This document shows positions 20,120-30,551 of a DNA stretch of 64,000 bases, piece by piece. This DNA comes from Sulfolobales archaeon (lineage in GTDB: Archaea; Thermoproteota; Thermoprotei_A; Sulfolobales; AG1). The stretch's first letter is position 1; the number at the start of each line of letters is the position of its first letter. The stretch lies in contig JAWBYA010000001.1 of NCBI GenBank assembly GCA_038867615.1, positions 1-64,000 of the forward strand, in the 5' to 3' direction. Under the pieces are notes generated by a model. It ran no database searches. It was not told the origin of the DNA and saw nothing but the letters and a program-made list of their open reading frames with translations. The translations under genes and the position numbers were made by a program.

Positions 20120-20278
20120 CCCTCCTATATATAATGTGATTCGAGGTATATATATGTTTACACACATATACAAAGCTATATAGCTGCATGTGCTTACATG
20201 CTAGAAAATATGTATGCTAAGCAGCAATACTTTTACCAACAGAATAAAAATACCTTAAAGCTATAGCTAGCAGAAAAA

Positions 20279-20539
20279 GCCATAGCCAGCTGTTTCAGGT
20301 TTCATGATGGTTTATAGGGGTTTATATTAAACCCGGGTTCTGCAGTAATGGAACACTATATAAGCTCTTATATTTCACTGGGATGCCGCCCAACAATGAG
20401 GGTGGGGATAGAGATCCAAGTGGGCGGGTTAAATAAAAACCAGGATGTGGGGGTTTCCCCACAGCATTGAGCTGAGGCCGAGGAAGCCATGGGAAGAGCG
20501 GTTGATATCAAAAATCAACTGCTATGAAGCCCGAACCCC
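20279..20539 (+). mobile_element. Family-1 MITE with internal scaffold deletion (copy F)
   Basis: Near-identical to copies A/B/D; lacks about 90 nt of the central scaffold. Confidence 0.9.
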
Positions 20540-20584
20540 GTAAAGATATAAGGAATGGTACTAGAACGCAGAATAGCTACTTTA

Positions 20585-22531
20585 CTATTTACCATCTTTA
20601 AGGTATATTGTCTCAGCACCCTCATTAACAACCTTCTCAACAGCTTTTATAACCTCTGTCTCTGTTATAGGTCTTCCGGTCCATTTCAGGGCTTTGTGTT
20701 TTATTACATAGCCTGTCTCCATAGCAATGACTCTGGCGGCTTGTCCCAGGTAGTTGTTCTCTATATCGATCACTAGTCTGGAGGATTCGAGGACTTTTTT
20801 AACGATCCTCTTGGGGAAGGGGCTGAAGACCCTTATTTGGAGGAACCCTACTTTGTAGCCCTTCTCCTTGAGAAGATCCAGAGCGTCTAGAATAGCTCCT
20901 TTGGTTGTTCCCCAGCTAACTATCATTATGTCTGGGTTCTCTTCCCCATATATGGCTACCCTCTCCTCTTCTGGTATCTCTTTATCAGCTGTTTCTAGCT
21001 TTTTAAGCCTCTTCATATACATCTCATACCTAGTCTCAGGATCCTCTGTTATGTGTCCCAGAGGATCGTGCTCATCGCCTGTATACCACATAACAACCCC
21101 AGGTGTTCCTATAAAGGCTCTGGGCGATATACCCTCCTCTGTTATCTCGAATCTCCTGTAATTATTAGCAGGATCTCTGACAAGCTTTCCTCTCTCAATC
21201 TTTACCTTATTCTTATCGATCTTAACCAAGGTCCACGAGTTAGCCAGGTTCTTCTCCACCAGATGTATTACAGGGCATTGATAGATCTCTGCCCAGTTAA
21301 GGGCTCTTACAGCATCGTAGACAGCCTCCTCATGATCTCCTGAGGATACCACGATCCTTGGGAACTCGCCGTGACCTGCGAAGAGTGCGAAAAGCAGATC
21401 AGCCTGGCTATCCCTTGTCGGGAGCCCGGTGCTTGGACCACCTCTCATGTATAGTGTTACAACAACGGGAACCTCGTTAATCCCAGCCCATCCAAGACCC
21501 TCAGCCATTAGTGAGAAGCCAGGTCCGCTGGTTGCTGTAGCGCTCCTAGCACCTGTTAGGGCGGCACCTATAGCCATGTTTATAGCTGCTATCTCATCCT
21601 CGCTTTGGAACACCACTATCCCGGCTCCTTTAAGAAGTTCTGCCTCGTCTTTAAACTCAGGATCTATCTCGATCGCCTCGTAACTCTCTAGGAAGAAGCT
21701 CTCATCGGCAGCAGGCGTTATGGGGTAGTATGTCTGGAAAGTCAGCCCCCCAAGGATCTTCCCTACTGCTACAGCCTCGTTGCCGTTAAGTATAACCATT
21801 GGTTCTTTTCTTGGTTCAAAGCCCTCGAGTTTTTTATCAAAATGGTTAAAGTTATTCTTAACATAGTTATAAACTATATCAGCCACAACCAGGTTCTGCT
21901 CAATAACCTGGGGTCTTTTAGCGCCAAACACATCCTCAAGACCTGCTCTGAAAGCCCCTATTGATACACCTATCATGGCGGTAACTGCTGATAACACTAC
22001 TGTGTTGAGGAATCTCTGAACAGCTGAGAGGCTTCCAGCTTTTAGCCTTTCAGCAGCCTCTGCTAGGATTTTCTGGTATGGGAGTGGGCAGAGCTTTGCT
22101 CCCAGCTTCTCCTCAGCATACATCAGGGCTCCTTTTACACTGGGCTCGTAGCCATTGCTTCTGAGCTTCTCTTTCACATGCTCTTTCGTATCGCTCTCCA
22201 TCATTCCCAGGGCGTCTATTTTAACCTGGCTGAAGGTGGGGTCGAATATTATCGCTCCGCCGGGGACTATGTCGTCGAAGTGGGTTGCTATCGACTCTGC
22301 GTCAAGCCCTGCTACTATATCTACTCTGCTTCTCACAGACCTAACAGGTTTATCCCTAGCCCTTACCTGAAAATAGCTATGCCTACCCATTATGTTAGAG
22401 AAGTACTCTCTCTTTCCATAAACATATAGCCCCATCCTTGCAAGAGACCTTATGAAGATCTGAGCGGCAGTCTCTATACCTCCCCCCTGCGGGCCCCCCA
22501 GTATAACCTCGATCTCGGGCATTCTATGCAC
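20585..22531 (-). CDS. 2-oxoacid:ferredoxin oxidoreductase alpha subunit (fused gamma-alpha type)
   Basis: 'GGPQGGGI', 'YYPITPA', 'EDEIAA', 'ATSGPGFSLM', 'RGGPSTGLPT'. Confidence 0.93.
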   Translation of the reverse strand: MHRMPEIEVILGGPQGGGIETAAQIFIRSLARMGLYVYGKREYFSNIMGRHSYFQVRARDKPVRSVRSRVDIVAGLDAESIATHFDDIVPGGAIIFDPTFSQVKIDALGMMESDTKEHVKEKLRSNGYEPSVKGALMYAEEKLGAKLCPLPYQKILAEAAERLKAGSLSAVQRFLNTVVLSAVTAMIGVSIGAFRAGLEDVFGAKRPQVIEQNLVVADIVYNYVKNNFNHFDKKLEGFEPRKEPMVILNGNEAVAVGKILGGLTFQTYYPITPAADESFFLESYEAIEIDPEFKDEAELLKGAGIVVFQSEDEIAAINMAIGAALTGARSATATSGPGFSLMAEGLGWAGINEVPVVVTLYMRGGPSTGLPTRDSQADLLFALFAGHGEFPRIVVSSGDHEEAVYDAVRALNWAEIYQCPVIHLVEKNLANSWTLVKIDKNKVKIERGKLVRDPANNYRRFEITEEGISPRAFIGTPGVVMWYTGDEHDPLGHITEDPETRYEMYMKRLKKLETADKEIPEEERVAIYGEENPDIMIVSWGTTKGAILDALDLLKEKGYKVGFLQIRVFSPFPKRIVKKVLESSRLVIDIENNYLGQAARVIAMETGYVIKHKALKWTGRPITETEVIKAVEKVVNEGAETIYLKDGK

Positions 22532-22544
22532 CGCTCAGTAATAT

Positions 22545-22618
22545 ATATTGTTTGAACCCTTATATTTGGATATACATACCGGCGATATTGTCTGAATCCT
22601 TATATTTGAGTATACATA
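22545..22618 (-). promoter_or_regulatory. Tandem 40-bp-period repeat carrying two TATA-like boxes upstream of the OFOR alpha gene
   Basis: ATATTGTTTGAACCCTTATATTTGGATATACATA (22545-22578) vs ATATTGTCTGAATCCTTATATTTGAGTATACATA (22585-22618). Confidence 0.6.
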
Positions 22619-22684
22619 TGTATGATCGGTTTTGCGGCTGCTATTCAGTATTATGTTAGGCCCTTTATAAAGTATAAAACGGGA

Positions 22685-23179
22685 TCATTTGTAACAGAGG
22701 TCTTTCATAATACTTATAACCTCCTCCTCATCTGTTAACGATATAGGGGCATTAATCCTCGATTTAAAGATATATATGAAGTGAGGCGCGGATCCCAATG
22801 CTAGGTATTCCCCAGCACCCACGTGTAGTGGTTTGAAATATGTGAATATACATAGGAGTATTGGGTTAAGGAAGAACGCCCTCGGGCTTACATAGCCCTT
22901 CGCCATATATATTGTTGAGGTGATTCTTGATGATGTGTATATTTTATCTGCCTTCACGGATAGAGATTTATTTTTTATAGCGATGTCTCTGAACGTTATG
23001 ATGGTATTTGCGGGGCATAGGCGAAGTTTTATTCTTATAAACCCTATCGATATTGATAAGAGATGGATCGTCAGTATTATTACTAATACGATTGCTAGAA
23101 TATTTATGCTGAGAGATACTAGGAGTGCCGTGATAAGGCTTGGTATCGATATAGATACTACTCTCTTAGAGCTCCACAT
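22685..23179 (-). CDS. Hypothetical membrane-anchored protein
   Basis: N-terminal hydrophobic helices, directly downstream of the MFS gene. Confidence 0.55.
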   Translation of the reverse strand: MWSSKRVVSISIPSLITALLVSLSINILAIVLVIILTIHLLSISIGFIRIKLRLCPANTIITFRDIAIKNKSLSVKADKIYTSSRITSTIYMAKGYVSPRAFFLNPILLCIFTYFKPLHVGAGEYLALGSAPHFIYIFKSRINAPISLTDEEEVISIMKDLCYK

Positions 23180-23188
23180 ATTGGGCTT

Positions 23189-24340
23189 CTACCTATATCT
23201 CGCGGTGTCCTTTATATATAAGTATGGTATTGATAGCAGTATCCTGATAATGCCGATTGCAAGCATAAGGGTATCTATAGAGCTCACAGGATCCTCGAGT
23301 GTCGATATATAGGTGTAGAGAGCGCCTCCCGCTACGGAGCCTATGACGGTCGCAACACCGTTGAAGAAGCTATAGAGTGAGAGCGCTTTCCTCTTATCGA
23401 TCGAGTGGTCCATGACGTATGCCGTATACGCTATCACAGCAGAGTTCGTATAGCCAGCTACGAGCTGGATTAGGTAGAGCTCGTATACATTGCTTGAAAG
23501 AGCATAGCCTAGGGGGAATACTGCTAAGAGCAACCGTCCAGAGAACATCGCTATCTTTCTATTAAAATCCACGAGTACTCCAACGATCCTTTGGAGTATA
23601 AGTGTTGAGACGCCTGCTATAACTGTTAAGAGCCCAACCTCGGCAGCCCCCATTTTAAACTTATAAACCTGGGCGATGGGGAAGAGAGGCCATGCTAGGG
23701 ACATAACCACCATGTATGATGCATTGACTAGATAGAAGGTTCTGAGGGCATTTATACTTGATGCGATCCTAGTGGTGCTTGTGCTCGTTGTCTCCGTCTC
23801 TCTGTATTCCTCCTCATGTTTATAACTTAGTAGGGATAGAGAGCTCAGGATCATGAGGGCTCCGGATGCTATGAAGAAATAACCCATGTTGTTTAGATTC
23901 TTACCAACCACATATCCTGTAAGCAGCGTTGCTGTGAGCGAGCCTATGTTTGCATAGAAAGAATACCTCGCAAGTTCCATGCCTCTCTTACCACGACTGA
24001 TCTTCTCGAGGATAAGTGTCCATCCGAGGGAAGCTATCCCTGCTGTTAGCTGGGTTGTGAGGTATAAGCCCACGAAGAGAGGACCAAGGGTTGCTGCTAT
24101 TCCCGCAAGGATCCATAGTATGCCTGAGAATAATGTACCCATAATAGCAAGAGCCTTTGGATTCGACTTAAGCTTCAGAATAGCTATTTGGGAGACTCCT
24201 GGGAGCGCGGTTGATGCGGACGATATTAGTGATACGAAGTGTATAGAGAGCCCTGAGGATACTGCGAAGAAGCCTACGAAGGGGTTGCCGAGCCCGTTAG
24301 CGAGGTTATTTAGGATCGAGTAGATCTTCAGGTTCTTCAA
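23189..24340 (-). CDS. MFS transporter
   Basis: About 12 TM segments, 'GVLVDFNRK' motif-A-like. Confidence 0.82.
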   Translation of the reverse strand: MKNLKIYSILNNLANGLGNPFVGFFAVSSGLSIHFVSLISSASTALPGVSQIAILKLKSNPKALAIMGTLFSGILWILAGIAATLGPLFVGLYLTTQLTAGIASLGWTLILEKISRGKRGMELARYSFYANIGSLTATLLTGYVVGKNLNNMGYFFIASGALMILSSLSLLSYKHEEEYRETETTSTSTTRIASSINALRTFYLVNASYMVVMSLAWPLFPIAQVYKFKMGAAEVGLLTVIAGVSTLILQRIVGVLVDFNRKIAMFSGRLLLAVFPLGYALSSNVYELYLIQLVAGYTNSAVIAYTAYVMDHSIDKRKALSLYSFFNGVATVIGSVAGGALYTYISTLEDPVSSIDTLMLAIGIIRILLSIPYLYIKDTARYR

Positions 24341-24454
24341 AGGTTAACGTCCAAATCAAAAACCTTCTTAGACCTAATAAGGGTAAAAACCTATATCACC
24401 GTGACACAATGGATCCCGGGTTTGCAAGCTTAATTTCCTCTTGTGATTTTTAAT

Positions 24455-25720
24455 ATGGTGAGAAAAGTGGGAGAAAAAGCCTTAGATCCGTATGAGAATG
24501 CTGTTATGCAGTTAAAAAAAGCTATTAATGTTCTAGGGCTTGACGATGAAGCTTTTGAGGCTTTAAAAACCCACGAGAGAGTTATCCAGGTAAAGATCCC
24601 GGTGAGAATGGATGACGGTAAAACAAGGATCTTTATTGGGTGGAGGGCTCAGCATAACAGCGCCCTTGGCCCCTATAAGGGGGGTGTTAGGTATCATCCC
24701 GAGACGAATATGAGCGAGGTTATGGCCCTCTCCATGTGGATGACATGGAAATGCTCGTTGTTACAGCTACCATTTGGTGGTGGAAAAGGAGGCATTAGGG
24801 TTGATCCTAGGAGGCTGAGTTTCAGGGAGATCGAGGCTCTGAGCAGAGGATACTTTGCAGCGATCTCAAGACTTGTTGGTGAAGATCTAGATATACCGGC
24901 ACCAGATGTCTATACAAACCCACAGACCATGGCTTGGTACATAGATGAGTATTATAGAATAATTGGACATAACATATTCGGTGTGGTTACTGGGAAGCCC
25001 CAGCAGCTGGGAGGCCTGGGAACAAGGATAGTTGCCACAGGTTTTGGTGTAGCAGCAATCGCTAGAGAGGCTGCTAACAAGGTGTTCGGAGGCATAGAGG
25101 GTAAGAAGGTTGCTGTCCAGGGTTTTGGTAATGTTGGCTCCTATGCTGCCTATTATCTAAGCAACTGGGGGGCGAGGGTTGTTGCTGTGAGCGACTCGAG
25201 CGGCGGGATCTATGATCCAAAGGGTTTGAGGATTGATGATGTTGTGAGGATCAAGAATGAGAAGGGGAAGGTGATCGAATATCCAGATGCTAAGAGAATA
25301 TCTAATGAGGAGCTTCTAACATTAGATGTAGATATACTCATCCCAGCGGCGCTGGAGAATGTTATAACCGTCGATAATGCTCCAAAGATAAGGGCTAAGC
25401 TTATTGTTGAGGGTGCTAATGGTCCTACAACTCCTGAGGCCGACGATATATTATTCAAGAGAGGAGTCCTTGTCGTTCCCGATATTCTGGCCAATGCTGG
25501 TGGTGTTACAGCGAGCTGGATAGAGTGGGTTAATAACAAGACAGGGGGATGGATAACAGATGACGAGGCTATGAGGAAGCTTGAGGAGAAGATGATCACA
25601 GCGTTTAGAACACTCTATAGCTATATGAATAAGAGGAGCGATATAGATCCTAGAACAGCTGCGCAAGCCGTAGCAGTGGAAAGAGTATATAATGCAATGA
25701 AACTGAGGGGATGGATATAG
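24455..25720 (+). CDS. gdhA: Glutamate dehydrogenase
   Basis: 'GPYKGGVRY', 'GGGKGG', 'DIPAPD', 'QGFGNVG', 'EGANGP'. Confidence 0.96.
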   Translation: MVRKVGEKALDPYENAVMQLKKAINVLGLDDEAFEALKTHERVIQVKIPVRMDDGKTRIFIGWRAQHNSALGPYKGGVRYHPETNMSEVMALSMWMTWKCSLLQLPFGGGKGGIRVDPRRLSFREIEALSRGYFAAISRLVGEDLDIPAPDVYTNPQTMAWYIDEYYRIIGHNIFGVVTGKPQQLGGLGTRIVATGFGVAAIAREAANKVFGGIEGKKVAVQGFGNVGSYAAYYLSNWGARVVAVSDSSGGIYDPKGLRIDDVVRIKNEKGKVIEYPDAKRISNEELLTLDVDILIPAALENVITVDNAPKIRAKLIVEGANGPTTPEADDILFKRGVLVVPDILANAGGVTASWIEWVNNKTGGWITDDEAMRKLEEKMITAFRTLYSYMNKRSDIDPRTAAQAVAVERVYNAMKLRGWI

Positions 25721-25733
25721 ATAAGTATGCTTG

Positions 25734-25741
25734 CTTTTTTT
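25734..25741 (+). terminator. Oligo-T archaeal terminator after gdhA
   Basis: T-tract about 14 nt after the stop codon. Confidence 0.45.
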
Positions 25742-25857
25742 ATTATTATTGTTTATCTAGCCATTCAGTGTTGATCCTTGCGACAATGTAACTTTTACAT
25801 GTTTTTAACACATGTTTATATATAGATACTCATATTTTAAATCGATGGTAATAGGTT

Positions 25858-26709
25858 ATGGCGTTCCTTAACGAGATCGTTAACATAGATCTCGGGGGTA
25901 CTGTTGCTAGAGTAGTAGATTTTATAAGATCCTATGTAGGATCTTCAGGAGCTTCTGGCGTCGTGGTGGGGTTAAGCGGCGGTGTTGATAGCTCGGTAAC
26001 AGTGACTCTTCTCTCCAAGGCTATAGAGGCTAAGAGGATCTTAGGTCTAGTCATGCCCACAAGCTTCACACCAAAAAGTGATGTTGAAGACGCAATAGAG
26101 CTTGCTGAGACACTTGGGATAAGATATAAAGTAATCCCGATAGATGATATTGTCGAGGGGTTCAAAAAAGCAGCTTCTGTTGAGGAGAACGTAAAGACCA
26201 AGGTTGCTATAGCTAATCTTAGGGCTAGGGTTAGGATGTCCCTTCTATATCTACACGCTAACCTTGAAAACCTATTAGTGGCTGGAACATCTGATAAGAG
26301 CGAGATCCTGTTGGGATACTATACAAAATATGGTGATGGAGCCTCGGATTTTCTTGTAATATCACATCTATACAAAACACAGGTGAGGCTTTTAGGCAGA
26401 TATCTCGGGCTGCCTGAGAGGATATATGGAAAGCCATCATCGCCCCAGCTATACCCAGGACACAGGGCTGTTGACGAGCTTCCAGCTGACTATGATATAC
26501 TGGATCAGATACTCTACCTGATCTTTGATAAGGGTCTAGGGGTGAGAACGACTGCTGAGCTTTTAAGGATAGATCCTGGCATTGTTACTGCTGTTGTGAG
26601 AAGGTTCATCGATACACAGCACAAGAGATCGCTTCCCCCGGCTCCAGAACCTCTATCCATTAGGATCAATGTAGAGGTTCTTAAGAAAGAGATCTCTGGG
26701 AAATTTTAA
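25858..26709 (+). CDS. nadE: NH3-dependent NAD+ synthetase
   Basis: 'GLSGGVDS', 'NLRARVRM', 'GYYTKYGDG'. Confidence 0.95.
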   Translation: MAFLNEIVNIDLGGTVARVVDFIRSYVGSSGASGVVVGLSGGVDSSVTVTLLSKAIEAKRILGLVMPTSFTPKSDVEDAIELAETLGIRYKVIPIDDIVEGFKKAASVEENVKTKVAIANLRARVRMSLLYLHANLENLLVAGTSDKSEILLGYYTKYGDGASDFLVISHLYKTQVRLLGRYLGLPERIYGKPSSPQLYPGHRAVDELPADYDILDQILYLIFDKGLGVRTTAELLRIDPGIVTAVVRRFIDTQHKRSLPPAPEPLSIRINVEVLKKEISGKF

Positions 26710-26796
26710 ACAGATCCATAAAGATGTTTTGACTTAAGGCGTTAAAACTAATATACTACGGTTGGGTAGATATTTATATGGTGTTGAGATGCTGGG

Positions 26797-27117
26797 GTGA
26801 GTGGTATGAGCTACAAGGTCTCTGAGGAGGAGTTGAAAAAAGCCCTAGATCTCGAGGCTAAGGCTAAGAAGGATCCTAAGAAAAGATGGGTTGAGAGAAT
26901 GATGAGGAGTGCGAAGCAGTATCACAAAATATGCCCATACTATGATAAAAAGACGGTGGTGTGTTTCCTAAGGCTTGGTGAGAAATGCGATAGAGACGGA
27001 AGATTTGAGGCATGCCCGGTATTCATAGCATTCCTTGAGAAGAAATACGATGAGATCACAAAGGCTGGGAAACCCCTCCCAGTGGATTTTCTAGACCCGC
27101 TTATAACCTATGGATGA
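26797..27117 (+). CDS. Small Cys-containing hypothetical protein
   Basis: 106-aa ORF with a CPYY..C..C..CP pattern, host-like codons. Confidence 0.65.
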   Translation: MSGMSYKVSEEELKKALDLEAKAKKDPKKRWVERMMRSAKQYHKICPYYDKKTVVCFLRLGEKCDRDGRFEACPVFIAFLEKKYDEITKAGKPLPVDFLDPLITYG

Positions 27118-27126
27118 TTCAAATAA

Positions 27127-27702
27127 ATGGTAGCCTGGTTGGAAAAAACACTCTCAGAAGTGCTGGGAGCCCTTAAAAACATACCGAGAACCGGGTGGGT
27201 TCAGAGGGGAATCCCCCCAGCAATAGCTGAGACCGTAGCGTCGCATGTTTATGAAGCATCCGTGCTATGCCTAGAGATAGGCTCTGAACTTGCGTATACA
27301 GGTATTATTAGCGAGAGAGACATCTCCAGGGCTGTTATGATCACACTGGTTCACGATATAGGTGAGGGTATAGTTGGGGATCTTAATAGATTTGTCTCGG
27401 AAGAGATCGGGGAGCTTAAAGAGAAGATCGAGGAGAAAGCCATAGCTAAAATAGGATCTAGAGCTATACTACCCCTCTACAGAGAATATAGAGAGAAATC
27501 ATCGATACCATCCATGCTGGCCCACATATGTGATAAGCTGTCAACATATCTCCAGGCGGATAGATACTCCTCCCTAGGATTCGATGTGAGGGAAATAGCC
27601 GAAACATCGTTGAAAGAGATCAGGATCCTGGCTAGAGAGCTATGCCGTGGAAGCGATAAATGCATAGAGATTATCGAGAAGCATATGTATAAGAGATCCT
27701 AG
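27127..27702 (+). CDS. HD-domain hydrolase (YfbR/HDDC2-like)
   Basis: 'LKNIPRTGW', 'ETVASH', 'HDIGE', 'DKL'. Confidence 0.88.
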   Translation: MVAWLEKTLSEVLGALKNIPRTGWVQRGIPPAIAETVASHVYEASVLCLEIGSELAYTGIISERDISRAVMITLVHDIGEGIVGDLNRFVSEEIGELKEKIEEKAIAKIGSRAILPLYREYREKSSIPSMLAHICDKLSTYLQADRYSSLGFDVREIAETSLKEIRILARELCRGSDKCIEIIEKHMYKRS

Positions 27703-27948
27703 TACACATCCAAGGATCTATCCTGCGTTAGGATCTGCTAATAAGATCTTCATAGAAAGGCTGTTAATATTGTCTCTCAGAAATAGCATAGGTTTAAAAA
27801 TCTATCTCGCGGAGTAGTTAGCAGTTTATATATCGAACATCTATTCCTTGATATAATGAATATATTGAAGAAGGATCCCCACACAGTATACAAGGATCTC
27901 TAACACGCTTTTACACGGCTTATAAGCAATAGCTGATTATACTACTAT

Positions 27949-29100
27949 GTGGATAGCTTGAAGAGATATCTAGTCATAGTCATGCTTTTTGGCTTTGTGA
28001 GCATGTTTGCCGACATGACCTATGAAGGCGCTAGGTCTATTCTACCCCAGTACCTAGGATACCTAGGCGCAAACCTAGCTGTTATAGGTTTTCTCGGGGG
28101 TTTTGGGGAGTTTGCCAGCTATCTATTGAGGTTTGTGTCCGGCCTAGTATCATCTAAATACGGGCTTCTCTGGACGCTAACGATCTCTGGATACATGCTC
28201 ACAGGACTCTCCGTGGCTCTTATCGCGATCGCGCCTGGCTGGGTCTATGTTGCGTTGTTAACAATCATGGAGAGGATTGCTAAAGGGCTTAGAACGCCGC
28301 CGAGGGATGCACTTATAAGCATAGTAGCCGCCAAGGGGCGGAGTGGGAGGGCGTTTGGACTTCATGGTGCTATAGATCAGGTTGGGGCTGTCCTAGGTCC
28401 TTTGATAGCTGCTTATATGCTTGCATCCTATGGATTCTCGCCTCTTACATTTATTGTACTCTCGGTATTTTCATTCATGGCGGTTTCGATCCTCGTCTAT
28501 ACAAGATCTATATACCCGAGGGATGTGGAAGTAACCCCCAGGAAACCTGTGGTAGGGATCCTCAGGGGGCCTCTCACACTATATAATATTTCAATATCGA
28601 TTCCTGCTCTTTCATCGATCTCTCTTTTCGTAGCTATATACTGGGTGGGTAAGAGCGATCCCCTAATCGGTGTTATGTATTTCATTGCAATCCAGGTTAT
28701 AGAGATCCTTATGTCGATAGTGCTTGGTGAGCTATATGATAGGATAGGTATAAGGGCTATCTATATATACTACATGATCATTCCCCTAACGGTTCTTGGA
28801 CTGATCCTGAGCCCCCTGCTACTATTAATAGGAGTGATATTTGCTATAGAGAACAGTATCCAGAAAGCAGTGATCGGGGATCTAGCTAGGGGTAATGAGC
28901 CGCTTGCATATGGATATTACCACATGGTCTATGGAATAGCACTAGCGGTGGGAGGCTATATAGTGGGGCTCCTAGCCCAGCAGGGATTAATAGATATCCT
29001 CCTAGCCCTATCACTAAGCCTATCAATACTCGGAGCGTTGATGATGCGGGTAACGATACGTATTGCCAGGGCTGGAGGATATAGTGGCAAAGCGGTTTGA
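27949..29100 (+). CDS. MFS transporter
   Basis: 'FADMTYEG', 'ERIAKGLRTPPRDALI', 'GRAFGLH'. Confidence 0.88.
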   Translation: MDSLKRYLVIVMLFGFVSMFADMTYEGARSILPQYLGYLGANLAVIGFLGGFGEFASYLLRFVSGLVSSKYGLLWTLTISGYMLTGLSVALIAIAPGWVYVALLTIMERIAKGLRTPPRDALISIVAAKGRSGRAFGLHGAIDQVGAVLGPLIAAYMLASYGFSPLTFIVLSVFSFMAVSILVYTRSIYPRDVEVTPRKPVVGILRGPLTLYNISISIPALSSISLFVAIYWVGKSDPLIGVMYFIAIQVIEILMSIVLGELYDRIGIRAIYIYYMIIPLTVLGLILSPLLLLIGVIFAIENSIQKAVIGDLARGNEPLAYGYYHMVYGIALAVGGYIVGLLAQQGLIDILLALSLSLSILGALMMRVTIRIARAGGYSGKAV

Positions 29101-29156
29101 GCGGATCTGGAGATCTACAGGGCTTCAACAAGGGCATTTCTCTGGCCTGGTTTAGT

Positions 29157-30071
29157 CTATGTGTTCCTGCTAACCTTATTACCAGGCTTTCTAGGGATTG
29201 TTGATATAGCTGACCCTCCCACTATGAGGAGACCACCGATTATGTCGCCCAATCCTAGCTTTTCACCAAGTATCACATACCCTAGAAGCGCTGTGAACAC
29301 TGGTAATAGGTTTGAATACGGTGCGGCAGTTCCAGAGCCGACTATCGATACGGCTTTATTCCACATATAATATGCAACCGCCCCCGGGAGGGCGGCTATC
29401 CATAGCAACTGTAACAGGATCTCAGGTCTAGATATAACTGAAACCTCTTTGTATATGAATGGTGAAGAGACCGCAGCTAGCAGAGAGGTTGATAGGACTA
29501 GTGAGGTGTATGTTATGAGCCTCTGATCCCCTTCGGGGAATAGTTTCTTCTGCATAACTGTATATATAGCCCATATGAAGCCTGTCAGGATCCCTAGGAG
29601 GATCCCTATGGAATCCCTATAAGCCTCTATATCTATCCCTCTGGCTGTGAATAGCAGGATAACGCCTATCGATGAGAGAACAGAGCCCAGGATTTGAAGG
29701 GTGTCGGGCTTAGAGACTTTCATAACAACCCCCACAATAATGATCGATATAGGTGTGAACCCGTAGGCTAGCCCTACTATAGAGGATGGAGCAAGGGCTA
29801 GCGCCTGGTAAAGAGCTATATTAAATATAGCGAAACCAACTAGACCTAGGATAAGGGTTCTAGCATTTGCGTAGATAGATAAACCTTTAACCACACCGAA
29901 ACCCATCACCAATGGATATACCAAAGAGGCTAGGAGCCATCTAAGTGTTGTTATCGCTAGTGGGCTCAAATACTCGCTAAGACTTCTACCAATTATATTG
30001 TTGGTGCTCCAAAGAAAATGGCAAAGGATTAAAAACAGGACAGCCTGGATCTTTCTATCCACGTCAGCCAC
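29157..30071 (-). CDS. DMT/EamA family transporter
   Basis: About 10 TM segments, 'LLPVF..LLG...LGE'. Confidence 0.87.
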   Translation of the reverse strand: MADVDRKIQAVLFLILCHFLWSTNNIIGRSLSEYLSPLAITTLRWLLASLVYPLVMGFGVVKGLSIYANARTLILGLVGFAIFNIALYQALALAPSSIVGLAYGFTPISIIIVGVVMKVSKPDTLQILGSVLSSIGVILLFTARGIDIEAYRDSIGILLGILTGFIWAIYTVMQKKLFPEGDQRLITYTSLVLSTSLLAAVSSPFIYKEVSVISRPEILLQLLWIAALPGAVAYYMWNKAVSIVGSGTAAPYSNLLPVFTALLGYVILGEKLGLGDIIGGLLIVGGSAISTIPRKPGNKVSRNT

Positions 30072-30326
30072 CTCTTGTTGTTAGCTGCAGGGTTATTTTG
30101 GCTTAGCATCTCAATAGACCCTAAACCCTCCTAGGTTCATAGTTGCGAGCCGATCTCAGGGGAAAGGAGGTTTAAGCTAGTAATAGCCGGCATCTAGTCG
30201 TCATGCCTCCTGGTCGGGATCCTCTTTGTAGATTTAGTCTACTCATTGCATAACCAGCGTTCTTTCTATTATTCTTAATGCATTGGTGTGGAAGATCTCT
30301 TGGTAGTAGCCCATGTCAATCAGCTA

Positions 30327-30510
30327 GGCTGTTTTTGATTATATTGCATGCTCTCGATGGGTTTGGGCACGGGATTTTCCTTCAAGAACCTAGTCACGAT
30401 CTTTCCTACCAAATCCTCCCAGATATTTATGTCGTAAGATCGCGAGGATCTAGCTGAGGATCGGTAGAATCATGTTAATAATATGATCCTTTGGTAAAAC
30501 CTGGACAGCC
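30327..30510 (+). mobile_element. Possible heavily decayed family-2 MITE relic
   Basis: Weak similarity only: GGCTGTTTTTGATTATA to the left end and CATGTTAATAATATGAT...CCTGGACA to the right end. Confidence 0.25.
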
Positions 30511-30551
30511 TGCTTAAGCCTAGAGCTAATACTATTTGGGGTGCATGATTC

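Noticed and set aside
20393-20446. Mini-ORF MPPNNE... inside family-1 MITEs
   Set aside because: Frame and length differ between copies B, D and F
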